Source of the DNA: Amoebidium appalachense
Lineage: Eukaryota > Protista > Ichthyosporea
Assembly: GCA_963693365.1 (NCBI GenBank)
Contig: CAVNZM010000003.1
Span: forward strand, 11,753,651-11,817,650
Direction of reading: 5' to 3'
Length of the DNA: 64,000 nucleotides
Shown: positions 13,512 to 43,418 of the stretch, piece after piece
How the letters are laid out: the number at the start of each line of letters is the position of its first letter
Numbering within the stretch: position 1 is the first letter of the stretch
Made by a program: the position numbers and the translations under genes
Notes under the pieces: model-generated
The model's input: only the letters and a program-made list of their open reading frames with translations
Told to the model about the DNA's origin: nothing
The model's database searches: none

Positions 13512-14061
13512 CTAGCCCCCGTAACCATTCGAAGAACCAGAACAATGGCATATGAAATCGGTCCATATTTCAGTGGCACGTGTGCATGCAGCTGGCCACA
13601 GCCACGCCATGGCTGCATCCCAGTGCCCTAGCGTGGCTATCATACACGGTGGCCTGGGTGTCATGTGACCTCACACATGCACACGGCCTAATAATGATGC
13701 TGGCAGTTGCAAGCATTGCCAAGAAAGGGAAAGGGCAGAGCCACCTATCATATGCGATGAAAATCGAGAGCAGACACTGCTACCAGCCAGTCCACAACTT
13801 CAAATGCTGATCTACGATTGGCCACTAGGTCTCAAGCAAATGCCATGGGATAGATCACGACAGATAACGGATTAGACCACATGTGCACAGGCCACAGTCA
13901 CCTTGCCATTGCCACCACGAACCCCTCCCCCCTCCCCCCCCCTCCCCCCCTCCCCCCCCCCCCCTCTATATGGTCTTCATTCGCAACTCCTCACACACGT
14001 GCCCCACTAACACCCCCCTCCCCCTGCACGTGCTCTACCATCATAGGCCCCCCAGCACGAG

Positions 14062-15794
14062 CTATTGCCACGTGGGCCAATCAGACGCCTCGACCACCAC
14101 CCTCGTCACAGCCTCCAGCCCCTTCACGTCCTCCTCGTTCCATGCCCCCACCAAAGCATTGTCCAAATCGAACACCCCCACCACACCCTGCTGCCCACAG
14201 TCAGATCACACACCCCCACCACCCCCTGCAGCCCACAGCCAGATCACACCCCCACCACAGACCTTGCACACCATCAAACCACAAGCGAAACGATCAGACT
14301 ACACACCTTCACTACACCTCACACAGCCCACGGACAGATCATAAAGCCCCCACCACACCGTGCACACCCCACCCTCAGACCATACATCCCCAAAACACCC
14401 GGCGCACCATACGGTCGGATCACACACCCCCACCACACCAAACCAGACCTTGCACCCCACACCCCACACACCCCACCACCCCACGTACGCACCTGGCCGG
14501 TGATCAATGGCACGACCACCTCCGAGTTTGATGCGCTGTCGCAGGCAATGTGCCCGGGGAACTCGTGCACGTTGGGCACAAGCTGGGGGGGTGGTCAGTA
14601 ATGCAGATTAGGGGGGTGCACGGGTGCAGGCAGGCAGCAGACACACGCATGGTGGTGTGGAAGAGGGGGGAGACAGGCAAGGCAAGGAGATAGGGAGATG
14701 CTGTTGGTGAGCAGAAAGGGAATTGCCGTGGGCATGTGCAGGTAGCGGCAATCAGCACAAAGGTAGCACCCTAGAGATGCAGTGACTGAGCTCGCAGAGG
14801 GTACTATGTTGCAGGCCACACTTGCAGCCGTGCTGGGATTGGATGTGATACTGACCAGTACCAGCTCCCTCCCCCCCCCTCCCCCCTTCCTCCCCCCAGG
14901 CAGACAACCCTAAAAATCTGGAAAGAAAGATGGCATAAAGTGTTCGGCCATAAAACCCAATCCATCATGCCCTCCCTGATCTACCAGGACATCCCCCCCC
15001 CCCCCCCCACCTTCCCCCCCGTCTATATTGACAGCTCTTCCTGCGCCGGTATGCATACACTCACCACTGCACCAGCAACCACCAATCCCCCCCCCCCTCT
15101 CCCCTCCTCCCCACTCGCCTATCCATTAACACGTCATCCTATCCGTCCGTTAACCAAGAAGACCCACCCACTTGCCCAACCTCAACCTACCTGGCCACCC
15201 GCTCACCGACATGCCACCCACCGGTCCACAGCAGTCCCCCCCCCCCCCCCTTTAACCCGCTCATTCACACACCCACCCACCCGCACCCCCCCCCCCCCCC
15301 CCCCCCCCCCCGCAAAAAGAAAAAAAAAGGTAGAAAACACCCGCATACACCCACCCCCTCCAGCCCCTCACCGAACCACCCCCCCCTCCCCCCACCTCCC
15401 CCGCCCGCCCGCCCGCCCAATCCACATGCTCCCCAAACCGCCCACCCGGTAACTCATCCACACCCCACACACGACCCCCTGCCCCCTCCGCCTCTTCCTC
15501 CTCGCCTCACCCTCACCCACTCATCCACCCACCCATCCCCGCAAACCCACACGCTCGGCCACCAACCATAGTTTTGCGTTGGGCCGCTGCCCCCCCACAG
15601 ACCCCCCTGCCCATTCTTATGCGCACACAGGCTATCTTGCCCTGGAAGGGGCCCAGCACGAGCTCGTCTTCGCTGCGTCGAAAATAGAACCCCACCCAGT
15701 TGGCTGCCGCACGTGCGTCAGTGCGGGCCTTCAGGGCATGATACACGAGAGCAGCCACATTAGCTGTGTTGGCAACCTGTGTGTGTGTGTGTTC

Positions 15795-15829
<35 letters not shown>

Positions 15830-15864
15830 GTGTGTGTGAGTGTGTGTGTATGTGTGTGTGTGTG

Positions 15865-15921
<57 letters not shown>

Positions 15922-16609
15922 TGTGTGTGTGTGTGTGGATAAGTGTTGGTATTTGCACACGAGTGGTTGTGTCCGTGAATGCACCATGTGAATAAGTTGT
16001 GGAGTATTTATGTGTGTGCCAGTAGGTGGTCGAACAACAAGGGGTAACGGCTGGTAAGCATACAAGTGAAAGTGTCGACTGGCACACATGCTGACAAGCA
16101 TAGCACATAGATGGTGTGGTGCGAAGTAAGATGTTGGTCTGGATGTCTGCTTAGGAGAGAAAACGTGTGTGGTGTTTGTATTGGTGTCCCGAAAGTGTGG
16201 CATGCTTGCAGCATACAGTAGCTGTGGATATCCGTTTTTATGTGTTCAGGGGTAGGTGCCCTGACAAGGCCTGCGACCCTAAACCCGTAAAAGTGTAGTT
16301 ATCCAACCTATCTTGTACACTCTAATGTTGCGTAGGTGCAATCATTTGTTCACGGCTCCGCCTAATAACGGCAAGATAGCCTTGAGGCCTATTGCCAGGC
16401 CGTACACCAAATCAAGTTACAGCAGTCAGGTTCACACTGCCCAGCGAAGTGTTGTGTCGCGAAGGTCACTACACAAGCATGTTTTCCACGCAGGCACTCA
16501 CATAGTCGGTCTCGCCCTGCAGCAGCGCACTAGTCCTCTCCACCAGCTGCGCATAGAACTCGGCCACGGGCAGACCGCCCAGGTCCGACACAAGGTCGGG
16601 CTCAGGCAT
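14062..16609 (-). CDS. msrC: Free methionine-R-sulfoxide reductase (fRMsr, GAF domain); 4 exons, ~177 aa
   Basis: Exons 16609-16502, 15776-15567, 14582-14493, 14187-14062 give MPEPDLV...ANTANVAALVYH...NWVGFY...LVLGPFQGKIACVRIRMGRGVCG...VPNVHEFPGHIACDSASNSEVVVPL...VVGVFDLD...DVKGLE...SDWPTWQ*. All three conserved fRMsr cysteines are present (IAC, GVCG, HIACD). Confidence 0.93.
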
Positions 16610-17284
16610 ACTTAGGAGTAATAAAGAGAGAACACAGAGGTTTCTTGCTAACACAGCTGCGCACACTAACACAAGTGGAACACGAGTCTCTGTTTTGGTT
16701 TGGCAGGGGGGATTTATGGTCTGCGTGCCGATTGGCTCGGAAAGCACCACATGTCCTCCTAGATCTAGTCTAGGGAGCTTGGGGTCGGCCCACGACCGGT
16801 CGTGAGTCAGTGACTCGTGGGATGATGAAAAAGGATATTCGGGAACAATAGAGATCCGGCATTGTGATTGGCAAATAGGTGGGCTGGATGGGTTCAACGG
16901 TTGAAAACGAAACCGTTTCTCGACACTTTGCGTGTGTGCAGAGTGTATAATGTAATGAGAATACAACCAAGAAAAATAAAAGAAATTCGACGTTAATAGT
17001 TGCAAAAAGACAAAGCAAACACTTTATGTATGTAAATATCACTGTCCTTTTGTATGCGATACCTGCAGCCGTGAGCTATTTGGCCGTGAGCCAGTGACGT
17101 AACAGGCCTGAGGGCGAATTCCTGAACCTGACAGAAAAAAATGCACCATGGCACGGCGGCCTAGGTATATAAAGCCAGCCAAGACCTTGGCAGCCCTTCC
17201 ACACAACCACTTCAAGTAGCGGCAACACTGTACACCTGCACTACTCGATGTTTGTGGTCCCCATCTGAAGGCGGGGTGCAAAAG

Positions 17285-17327
<43 letters not shown>

Positions 17328-17348
17328 CACACGTAGAAGCCAGCGACC
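16610..17348. promoter_or_regulatory. Probable bidirectional promoter between msrC and ClpB/Hsp78
   Basis: Head-to-head starts 739 bp apart. ATTGG (reverse CCAAT) at ~16731 and ~16868; TATATAAA at ~17166. Confidence 0.5.
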
Positions 17349-25993
<8,645 letters not shown>

Positions 25994-25997
25994 TTGG

Positions 25998-26737
25998 TTA
26001 CTTCTTGGCCCGCTTGGCGCTGGTCTTTGCTGCCGGTGCCGGTCTTTTCTGGGCTGCCTTGGGCCTGCCTCTGCCCTTGGGCTTTTGCTCTTCCTCCTCC
26101 TCCTCCCCCTCGTCCTGTGGGGCCTTGTCCTGGCTGGGCTCATAGGCAGGCAGCTTGGCCAGGATGGGCTGGGCCGCATCAGTGGCCTCGACGACGAACA
26201 GGCTGTGGCTGTAGCCTGCAGCTACCTGCAGCACCTGCACAGTGTGTTAGCCCTGCTGGCAGGGTGATAGATTATGCACATATGTTGAGTATATACGTAT
26301 ATAGGTACCAATGTATAATTATTGATTTATAATTATGGTAAAATATCAAATAAATTGGTGGCTGCACATGAACAAACTAACCCAGCCTCTCCTGCCAACA
26401 TACCCCTGCCCACTCCCTGGCCATGGCCTGCAATACAGTGTGCACCTAGACCCATGCATGGCATATGCTGGCACTTCCCCTTCCATTTCCTTCGTTTGCA
26501 AGGGGACATGTGGAACGTGCACATGCCAAAAGAAACAGCAGAGATGGGCAACAGGCACATATGTCCCAGCCTTTGCAAATGGAGCTTGAGAGCAACTCAT
26601 GTGAACACATACACAGGTCATGCACAAGCCCACATACACAATTTTTCACCCACCCACAAAACCTTTTTGTGTCCCCGGCCTTTGCACCCGTCTCACCCAT
26701 GTTGCAGAACCCTTGGGCCATATATACCCCCCCCCTT

Positions 26738-26768
<31 letters not shown>

Positions 26769-28415
26769 TCCACGTACCGTTGTGCCCTCGAGGGGGTCTA
26801 TCTTCTTTGCTTTTGATGATGACTTTGGTGTTGGGGGCAGGCCAAAGCCCAACTCCCCAGCCGTGGCATTGCCCCAGGCCACGGCACTCTGCTCTGCGGC
26901 CACCAGCACACTGGCCTGGCCCATGGCCAGGGACCGGATGGCCCAGCCCTGCAGGTCGTAGACGGGTTTGGGGTACATGGACGCCTCCTCCGTGGGCCTC
27001 ACCCGGCCCCACAGGTACATCATGCCGTCCCCAAGCACAGTGCCTGAGAACGTGGCCCCTGCATACGGTGTCAGTGCCCTCACCACCCACCAGCCAACAG
27101 CAAGAAAGACCACACAAGCACGACACACAGCCTGTACCCCCCCCCCCCCCCCCCCCCCCCTGCTCTCTTCTTTCATGGCTCGTATGCAACAAACACCCCT
27201 CTCACAGAGAGCTTAAGCTGCCTTGTCTCTCCCCTCCCACCCACTTGCACCCACAAAGACCCCAGCCACCCCCGCCCAGCCCACATCCTCACAGGCACAC
27301 ACAGCCACGCACCTGCGGCCAGCAGTCTGAAGGACTTTGTGGTCATCCTGTCCCATATGTCGCAGGCACACGGTGTAGGCACCCACTTGTCCTTGTTTGC
27401 CGTGGGCCCCCCACCCAGCCTGCCAAAGGCCCCACAGCCCCAGGCATAGACGGTCTTGTCGTCAGCAGCCAGGGTGTGGTGGTTGCCTGCCGCTATGGCC
27501 CGCACAGGGCTGCCAGCAAGGGCACGCACTATCTTGGGGGTGGGGCTGGGGGCAAAGGCCATCTTGACGCTGCTGGCCTTTGTGTTGTACTGGCCGTCCG
27601 TGTTGTGGCCCAGCTTGCCGTACTCGGGGCAGCCAAACGTCAGCACCTCGCCTGCGGCCGTCAGCACGGCGCTGAAGTCTATGCCGGCCTTGACGCTGGT
27701 CACGGGGCTCTGTGTGCTGGCTGACAGGTCCACGGGGGTGGGCACGTTGCGCTGCTCCCCGGCACTGCCCAGCCCCAGCTGCCCATACTCGTTGCCGCCA
27801 CACGACAGCAGCCGGCCAGTCTTGGTGGCAAACAGGCTGTGGTTCTTGCCTGCCGCTATGTCCACCACTGGGTCATCCTGTGTGCCATAGTTAGTCTCAC
27901 ACCCACCCCAAACCCTGCGCGGACTTGGCAGGGACAGTCTTTGTGCTGTACTATTGAGGAAGTAATTGTGCTGTACTATTTAGGATGATCATAGAAACTG
28001 TGTGGGGACAGCAGGGTTTTACCTTGCTGCACAGCAGGGCGACCTTTGCCGGCACGTGCACGGTGCGTGTGTGGCCCAGGCCCAGCTGGCCGTTTGTGTT
28101 GCGGCCCCAGGCATAGACGTCCCCCTCCTGTGTGACTGCAAAGTTGTGCGCGGCGGCTGCCCCCGTGGCGACCAGCACCACGTTGTCCAGGCCCAGGCTG
28201 TGCGGCACGGGCAGGTGCACCTCCTCCACAGGCTCCTCGACCTTGCCCTTAGCCCCTGTGGCCCCGTCAGCAGCCCCCCTCCCCCCACCCTGCCCCACGC
28301 ACGTGCACGGCAGGCCGCACGCACCCTTCTTGGCCGTCTTGCCCACACTCTTGCCCACCGTGTCCCAGCTCACGTTGCCGGAAATAAACAGCCGCCCTGC
28401 CAACGGTGCGCTCAT
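25998..28415 (-). CDS. RCC2: RCC2/TD-60-like RCC1-repeat protein; 5 exons
   Basis: Exons 28415-28325, 28255-28023, 27877-27313, 27058-26778, 26234-25998. RCC1 repeats (WGRNTNGQLGLG, GGNEYGQLGLG) plus RCC2-like segments GRLFISGNVSWDTVGK, GCPEYGKLGHNTDGQY and MYPKPVYDLQGWAIRSL. Acidic then basic tail with an AT-hook-like KGRGRPK. Confidence 0.85.
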
Positions 28416-28708
28416 TTTCTAGTTCTAGTGCGGTGTGGGGAAACAATTCAGGTGGTGTTTGTTTGCCGAGCTGTCCAGAAAATGCGGCATCTGGGAGCTT
28501 CTTTGCGCCTGAAAGAGGAAAAACACCTGCGCGCCATTTTTTGGCTGCAGCCAATGAGCATTAATGTAGATAATGCCTAATAAGGCTAGTGCGCACAAGG
28601 TATGACGACATATGACGTAACAGGGTGAACACACAACGCGGGCATGCGCACCACCACTCTGGCAGACACACACAGGGAGACACGGGCACAGACACGGCCA
28701 TCACGGCC
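28416..28708. promoter_or_regulatory. Probable bidirectional promoter between RCC2 and makorin
   Basis: Divergent ATGs 293 bp apart; GCCAATGAG at ~28550; TGACG motifs at ~28603 and ~28613. Confidence 0.5.
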
Positions 28709-29898
28709 ATGGAGCTGTGCCGCTACTACGCGCAGGGTTGCTGCACGCGCGGCAGCAGCTGCATATACGCGCACGACCGCAGTGTGCGGGCCAGCAGCGT
28801 GTGCCGCTTCTACCTGCAGGGCAACTGTACGTATGGCTCCTCCTGCCGCTACGACCATGTCAGGACCAAGCAGGCCACGGCACCTGGCCCAAAGAGGCCT
28901 GCCATGGCCACCCCACGACCAATAGCCAGCGCACCACCACCACAAGCCACAGTCCCAGCAACGGCACCAGTACCCAGCCAGGTGCGTGGGTAAGGGGCAT
29001 ACAGGCAGGGGGTGTGAAGGGGTAGGATACAGATCGACAGGGAGGGAGTGGGACAGCAGCTGACTGTTTAGGAGGCAGGAGGCAGGGCGGGGTGTGGGTC
29101 TGTACTCTGCAACCGTGAAGGTGGGGCTGGTGGACGTGCTGGACACCAGCAGTGCAAAGACTATCGTACGTGTCTCCCCACCCTGCCTGAATGGCATGTA
29201 CAGGTTGAGGGAAGGTGGTCGGGGGGCTTGTGGGCGAGACCTGCCAGATAGATGGAGTGGTGGCCTTTGCTGTAGATAATAGGTTGTCTTTCTTCACGCT
29301 GCCGTATCGCAGAGTCGAAGCAAATACCACCACCTTCAGGCCCATGTGGTGTTGCAGCCAGGTCAAGTCTGTTAACAGTTCAGACAACGGAGAATTCACA
29401 GTCAGGCCTGAAACTAGCAGTTCTGAAAGCTGTGCAATACAGCACGACTTGACGAGACCTTCACACATGGAGTCACCACACACAGCTACTTCATGCATGC
29501 ACCTCCAGGTACAGACAGGCAGCCCACGGCAGCTCCGTGTTTAAACACATTGTAAAGCCTGGGGGCTGTGCAGGTTGCACGTGGTCTTTAGTTTGCACAG
29601 GCCAGGCTTGTGGGTTTGTAGGCCACACACATGTAAACGGTTGCCTGTGCGCTTCCATCTATGTGCATACGGCTGTGACTGAGTGAGCCCCCCCCCCCCT
29701 TGCTCACCACAGCTGTGCCCGTTTGCGCAAAAAGGGCCGTGCCGGTTTGGCTCCGACTGCGGCTACCTGCACGGCGACCCCTGTCCTGTGTGTGGCTGCC
29801 TGTGCCTGCACCCAGACCAGCCTGCCCAGCGCCAGGGTAAATACTTTGGTTTTTCTGGTGGTGGTGGTGGTGGTGGCGGCGGCGGTGGTGGTGTGTGT

Positions 29899-29929
<31 letters not shown>

Positions 29930-30076
29930 GGGAGGGGGGGAGGGGGGGGGGGGGGGGAGGGGGAGGGGGGGGGGGGGGGGGGGGCAGCTGTGTACTGTGT
30001 ATGTTGTGGTGTATCAATTTGCCAATTTGCCTTCCGTCCTTCTGCCCCTATCCTATTTTTTGATTTTTTTTTTTTT

Positions 30077-30107
<31 letters not shown>

Positions 30108-30350
30108 GGAGGGGGGAGGAAGGGAGGTATATGGGTTTATGAAGAGGAGGTCTGGGGACCCACGGCTCTGCCTGCACAGAGCACATGGACGGGTGCCTGC
30201 AACGGCAGCAGCAGCAGGCAGCACGTGCAGAGGCAGTGGGCCGCAGTGCAGGTCTGGAGTGTGCCGTGTGCCTGGACGTGGTCACCGCAAAGAGTACCCC
30301 AGCACAGCGCCGATTTGGCATTTTGGGTATGTAGCAAAAAGGGGGGGGGT

Positions 30351-30389
<39 letters not shown>

Positions 30390-31239
30390 GACTGACATGC
30401 ATGGGCAGAAAACTGCGAGCACGTGTTCTGCCTGGGCTGCATCCGCACGTGGCGCACCGAGGCCGTGGCCAACAGTCTTGTGCGCTGCTGCCCTCTGTGC
30501 CGCCAACCATCACACTACGTCACACCAAGCACGGTGTGGCCAGCAACGGCAGAGGAGAAGGCGGCCATCATAGACGGATACAAGGCCCACCTGGGGTAGG
30601 TTAAATATTATAGATCATAAGAGGGATACAAGGCCCACCTGGGGTAGGTTAAATATAGATCATAGAGGGATACAAGGCCCACCTGGGGTAGGTTAAATAT
30701 AGATCATAGAGGGATACAAGGCCCGCCTGGTAGGCTAAATGTAGATCATAGAGGGATACAAGGCCCACCTGGGGTAGGTTAAATATAGATCATAGAGGGA
30801 TACAAGGCCCACTTGGGGTAGGTTAAATATAGATCATAGAGGGATACAAGGCCCACCTGGGGTAGGTAAAATTTATAGATCATGGAGGGATACAAAGCCC
30901 ACCTGGGGTAAGTTAAACAGATCATAGAGGGCTACAAGGCCCACCTGAGGTAGGTTAAATATAGATTATCACAGAGGGCTACAAGGCCCACCTGGAGTAG
31001 GGCCAAAAGGTACACACTAGTAGTTGCTAATATTAGCTGACATGCCCAAACAATGCAGCACGGTGGACTGCAAGCACTTCCGGCAGGGAGAGGGGGAGTG
31101 CCCGTTTGGCAGCAGCTGCTTCTACCGCCATGCCTACCCCGACGGCACCCCGGCAGTGCCTTCATTACGCATATTGGGCACGGCAGAGGGCACACTGCAG
31201 GTCCAGAACAAAGTCAGGTAGGGGGGTGGGGGGTGGGAT

Positions 31240-31274
<35 letters not shown>

Positions 31275-31751
31275 CGGCACATGTGCTGAGGTGTGTAAGT
31301 GCGCTTGGATGGGGAGGTACTTGCAGGCACGGATGAGGCCTGAGGTGTGTAAGGTGTGTAAGGTGTGTGGGGGATGGGGTGGTAGGGGTGGGGTCGGATG
31401 ACATGGCTCAGCAGGCCCGGATGGCCGGTAGCCATACTAGCTGGTCGTAGGGGCAGTGCAAGGCGGGATCATGCAATACGTGGCCTGGGCCGTGCTGTTG
31501 GGGACTGTGTGGTCAGCATGCTGGCATCCATGCTCCTTATTCTCCGCATAATCTGTACGAGGTACATGTGGGGCGTACACTGTTTACTCGAGGCACAGAC
31601 TACATATGTTTGCGCAGGATATGGTCACATGTTGCCATGCAGCATGCCCCGCCTTTCTTTTCACATGATATGCGCCACACTGACACCAGGCCTGTGCAGG
31701 CTGTGGGACTTTTTTGAGGCGCGAGACAGGGACGCCAACAGTGCACAGTGA
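28709..31751 (+). CDS. MKRN: Makorin (C3H zinc fingers + RING E3 ligase); 7 exons
   Basis: Exons 28709-28981, 29079-29165, 29713-29836, 30180-30326, 30409-30595, 31059-31217, 31700-31751. C3H fingers CRYYAQGCC..C..H, CRFYLQGNC..C..H and CPFAQKGPCRFGSDCGYLHGDPC; Cys-His motif; RING ECAVCLD..RFGILENCEHVFCLGCIRTWR..CPLCR; terminal C3H CKHFRQGEGECPFGSSCFYRH. Confidence 0.92.
30566..31000 (+). repeat. ~44-bp minisatellite, ~10 copies, made of the makorin exon-5 end plus its splice donor
   Basis: Unit ATCATAGAGGGATACAAGGCCCACCTGGG|GTAGGTTAAATATAG. The first copy is the real exon end (IDGYKAHLG). Confidence 0.92.
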
Positions 31752-31831
31752 GTGCACAGCAGACATGAGCCATGGCACGAAGGACACACATGATATGCCC
31801 CAGCTGGCCTGGGGCCAATAATACAGGGCAT

Positions 31832-40275
<8,444 letters not shown>

Positions 40276-41459
40276 TCCCCTTGGGCCATGCACCTACCTG
40301 CCTACCTACACACAGGCACCTAGCACACCACGAGCAAGCCAGTGTGAACCTTGCAGCGTAAAACGAAGAGGATGGCCCTGCACCGTGACTGTGGATCGAG
40401 TGCATACATAAATCCCCGGACACCATTTTCCTTCTTGCTGCTTTCACCGATTAGACCTTTTTTGGCTTCCAGGTGTGCACGATTCAAAGCGGAAAGCGAT
40501 TGCGCATTTATACTTAATGTGGTTGTGGCCTATGCGTTTTGGCGCCAGATTATCACACAACTGGGCCAGCTGCAGCTGGCAGGGCCCGGGTACCATATCA
40601 GGAGCGGGCAATTTTTGAATTCTCCCTCCCCGGCCCCGCCGGGGAAAATTTGAGGTTTTTGGACCTCAAAGAAGTCAAATCCTGCAAAATCCACTACCGG
40701 GAGGCCAAAAAGGGTGATTTTACAAAAAAGGAGGGACATACATGAAAAAGAGAAAATGGGCGAGTTCAGTGGGCTGCCGATAAGTATATTTCGTGCTGGG
40801 CCGGTATACATGCTGCCGTGGTTGTTGCTGTAGACGGCAGTATGGCATCGCATGTGTCACGTGACCTGCACGTGAATGCGACCATGTGCAGGCACTGAGT
40901 CTAGGGGGATTTGTATGTGTGTTTTGGAGCACCGACAAGGCAGAGCCAGGGTGAGGGATGTGTAAACATGGAGTTTAGGGAGATCGTGCTGCTATTGTAA
41001 CATGTGCACAAAACAGCCACGTGCACCGGCACACTCCGGTGTACAGAACAATAATATGCACATGCGTCACTGTAATATCATGTATGCGCATGCCGCACAA
41101 GGTTTAGGAGACCACCACAGTATATACTATTTTCTTTTGGTTGATATCCATGTAGGAATGGTGTGTTGCAGTTGTCATGATCAGCCTGAGGCAGGCACGT
41201 GCACTCACTGAATCACTAGAACTCATGAATAAAAAATACATTCGCTAAAAACGGCAAGGTAAATTTGGGGCCAAGCTATTATTTCCCCCTTTTAAACGTT
41301 TTTTTAGCTCCAAGAACTTCGACGCCAAAATTTCTATATTTGGCCATCGTATATGATAATGAACACGTGTACTTAAATTAAAGTAGTTATATAAATATGA
41401 GCGGCCCGTTACAAATACAGTGACGAAAAACAGTGACCCACGAGCAGTTTTTCTTTCTA

Positions 41460-41542
<83 letters not shown>

Positions 41543-42858
41543 AGACACACACACCACCACCACGGTGACCACCACCACCACCACCACCACCACTCACCCC
41601 TTAAAAAAACCACACACATACGTGCACGTGTACACACACACACAGAACACCACCACCACCTCCACTGGACCCCATTTCCTCGTTGTTTTCTTAAGCCTTC
41701 AGACCAGTCCTGCACACTGGAGTTAAACAATTGAATTCACCTAGGCTGACATGCATCCACCCCCGCCTTCCACTTCCCTCCCCCCCCACCCCCACCCCCA
41801 CCCCCCCCCACCCCCACCCCCTCCCCCTCGATGAAGAAGGGCCCCCGTAAGCCTTGGGGGGGGGGGGGGAGGGGGGGGGAAGGGGAAGGGGGGAGCTCTT
41901 GAGCCTCCGGGTAGGGAAGTGGGGTCCGGGGATCCGGAGAGGAGGGGGGGGGGGGGGGGGGAAGGGGGCATATAATATTGGGCCTAGATATCATAGTATG
42001 GGGCCCCGGGGGAGGGGAGAGGTGGGGGGGGGAGGGGGGAGGATCCACGGGAAAGACCTTTAGGTGCATGTTCTTATTTATACCCCCTTCGAATCATCCC
42101 CCTCTCCCCCCCCCCCTCCCCCCCCCCCTGAGTGCAGGCCGTGACGTAGCTACGATAACCCTGCAGAAGGCAACAAAAATGTATTAATTACTAGCACTAT
42201 ACATGTGTTCATAGTGCAGCTTGCACCACGTATGATCTCAGCAACTTTAAAGTAGTCACAAAGTTTAGTTATTTTCATTATTTTCATTGCTCTGAACTCT
42301 ATTACTCTGAAATGATCACCGTGCATGTGCCGCAAGATAACAACCCTATATGTGTGCAGCTGCTGCCTGCAGGTTAGACTCGCTGAAAAGACAATTGTCA
42401 GTGTGCATCCGACGCTTGCAGCTGCAGCTAGCCTCTGCAACATTAATACTTGCCAAGTGAATGCTCTTACACTTGATCATCATTCACTCAAAAAACCGAG
42501 GACCGACAGATTAAATATTAATGTCGATCCGAATGATCAGCAAGTGTCTATGCGTACTACTATATATACACACACGTAAAATGCGAAGCTATCAGTTACA
42601 AGGCACACCTGCTGCACTGGCACACATACACATACACACCGGCAGATCGATGCTGTCAAAATTTACTTTCATGTACTTCGTAGGTCCGACACAGGTGCAC
42701 ATGAACACGTACATATGTACAAGCCGCGCACACACCACACCACACATACACACACACACACACACACTCACACACACACACGCACACACGCACACACGCA
42801 CACACGCACACACGCACGCACGCACGCACACACACACACACACGCACGCACGCGCGCG

Positions 42859-42974
<116 letters not shown>

Positions 42975-43299
42975 GACACACACACACACACACACATCAC
43001 TGGGTGCGCTCGCTGGGGATTAGTTTTTTGGCACGCTGTTGACTTTATCGTGTGTTTATTATTTGCTATTTATTGGCCAGCGGCCAACATTTAAAAATAT
43101 ACTATATACCTAAAAATAGATACTGACTACGGCCAGCAGACATTATACACCTTCCAGGACACATTAACACCAATAGTCTAACACACCATACTCTCGATCA
43201 CAAAGAATTCCTAACAAACAGAGAAAAGTGCAAAGGCTCTGTACTATTACTCAGATTCTAAATTTTAATTCTTTACAGTAAACTTCGGAATGAAAGCTA

Positions 43300-43332
<33 letters not shown>

Positions 43333-43418
43333 CCCCTAACATGACTGTACGAAGAACAGGTATAACTTGAAGCACTACAACACATATGAGATCCGTTACA
43401 TTGGTGTACATTCCAATA

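Noticed and set aside
28256-28324. RCC2 ORF reading through without an intron
   Set aside because: The 69-nt segment is stop-free and in frame but has a GTGCGT donor, GCTGAC branch site and CAG acceptor, so it was treated as an intron; retention cannot be excluded.
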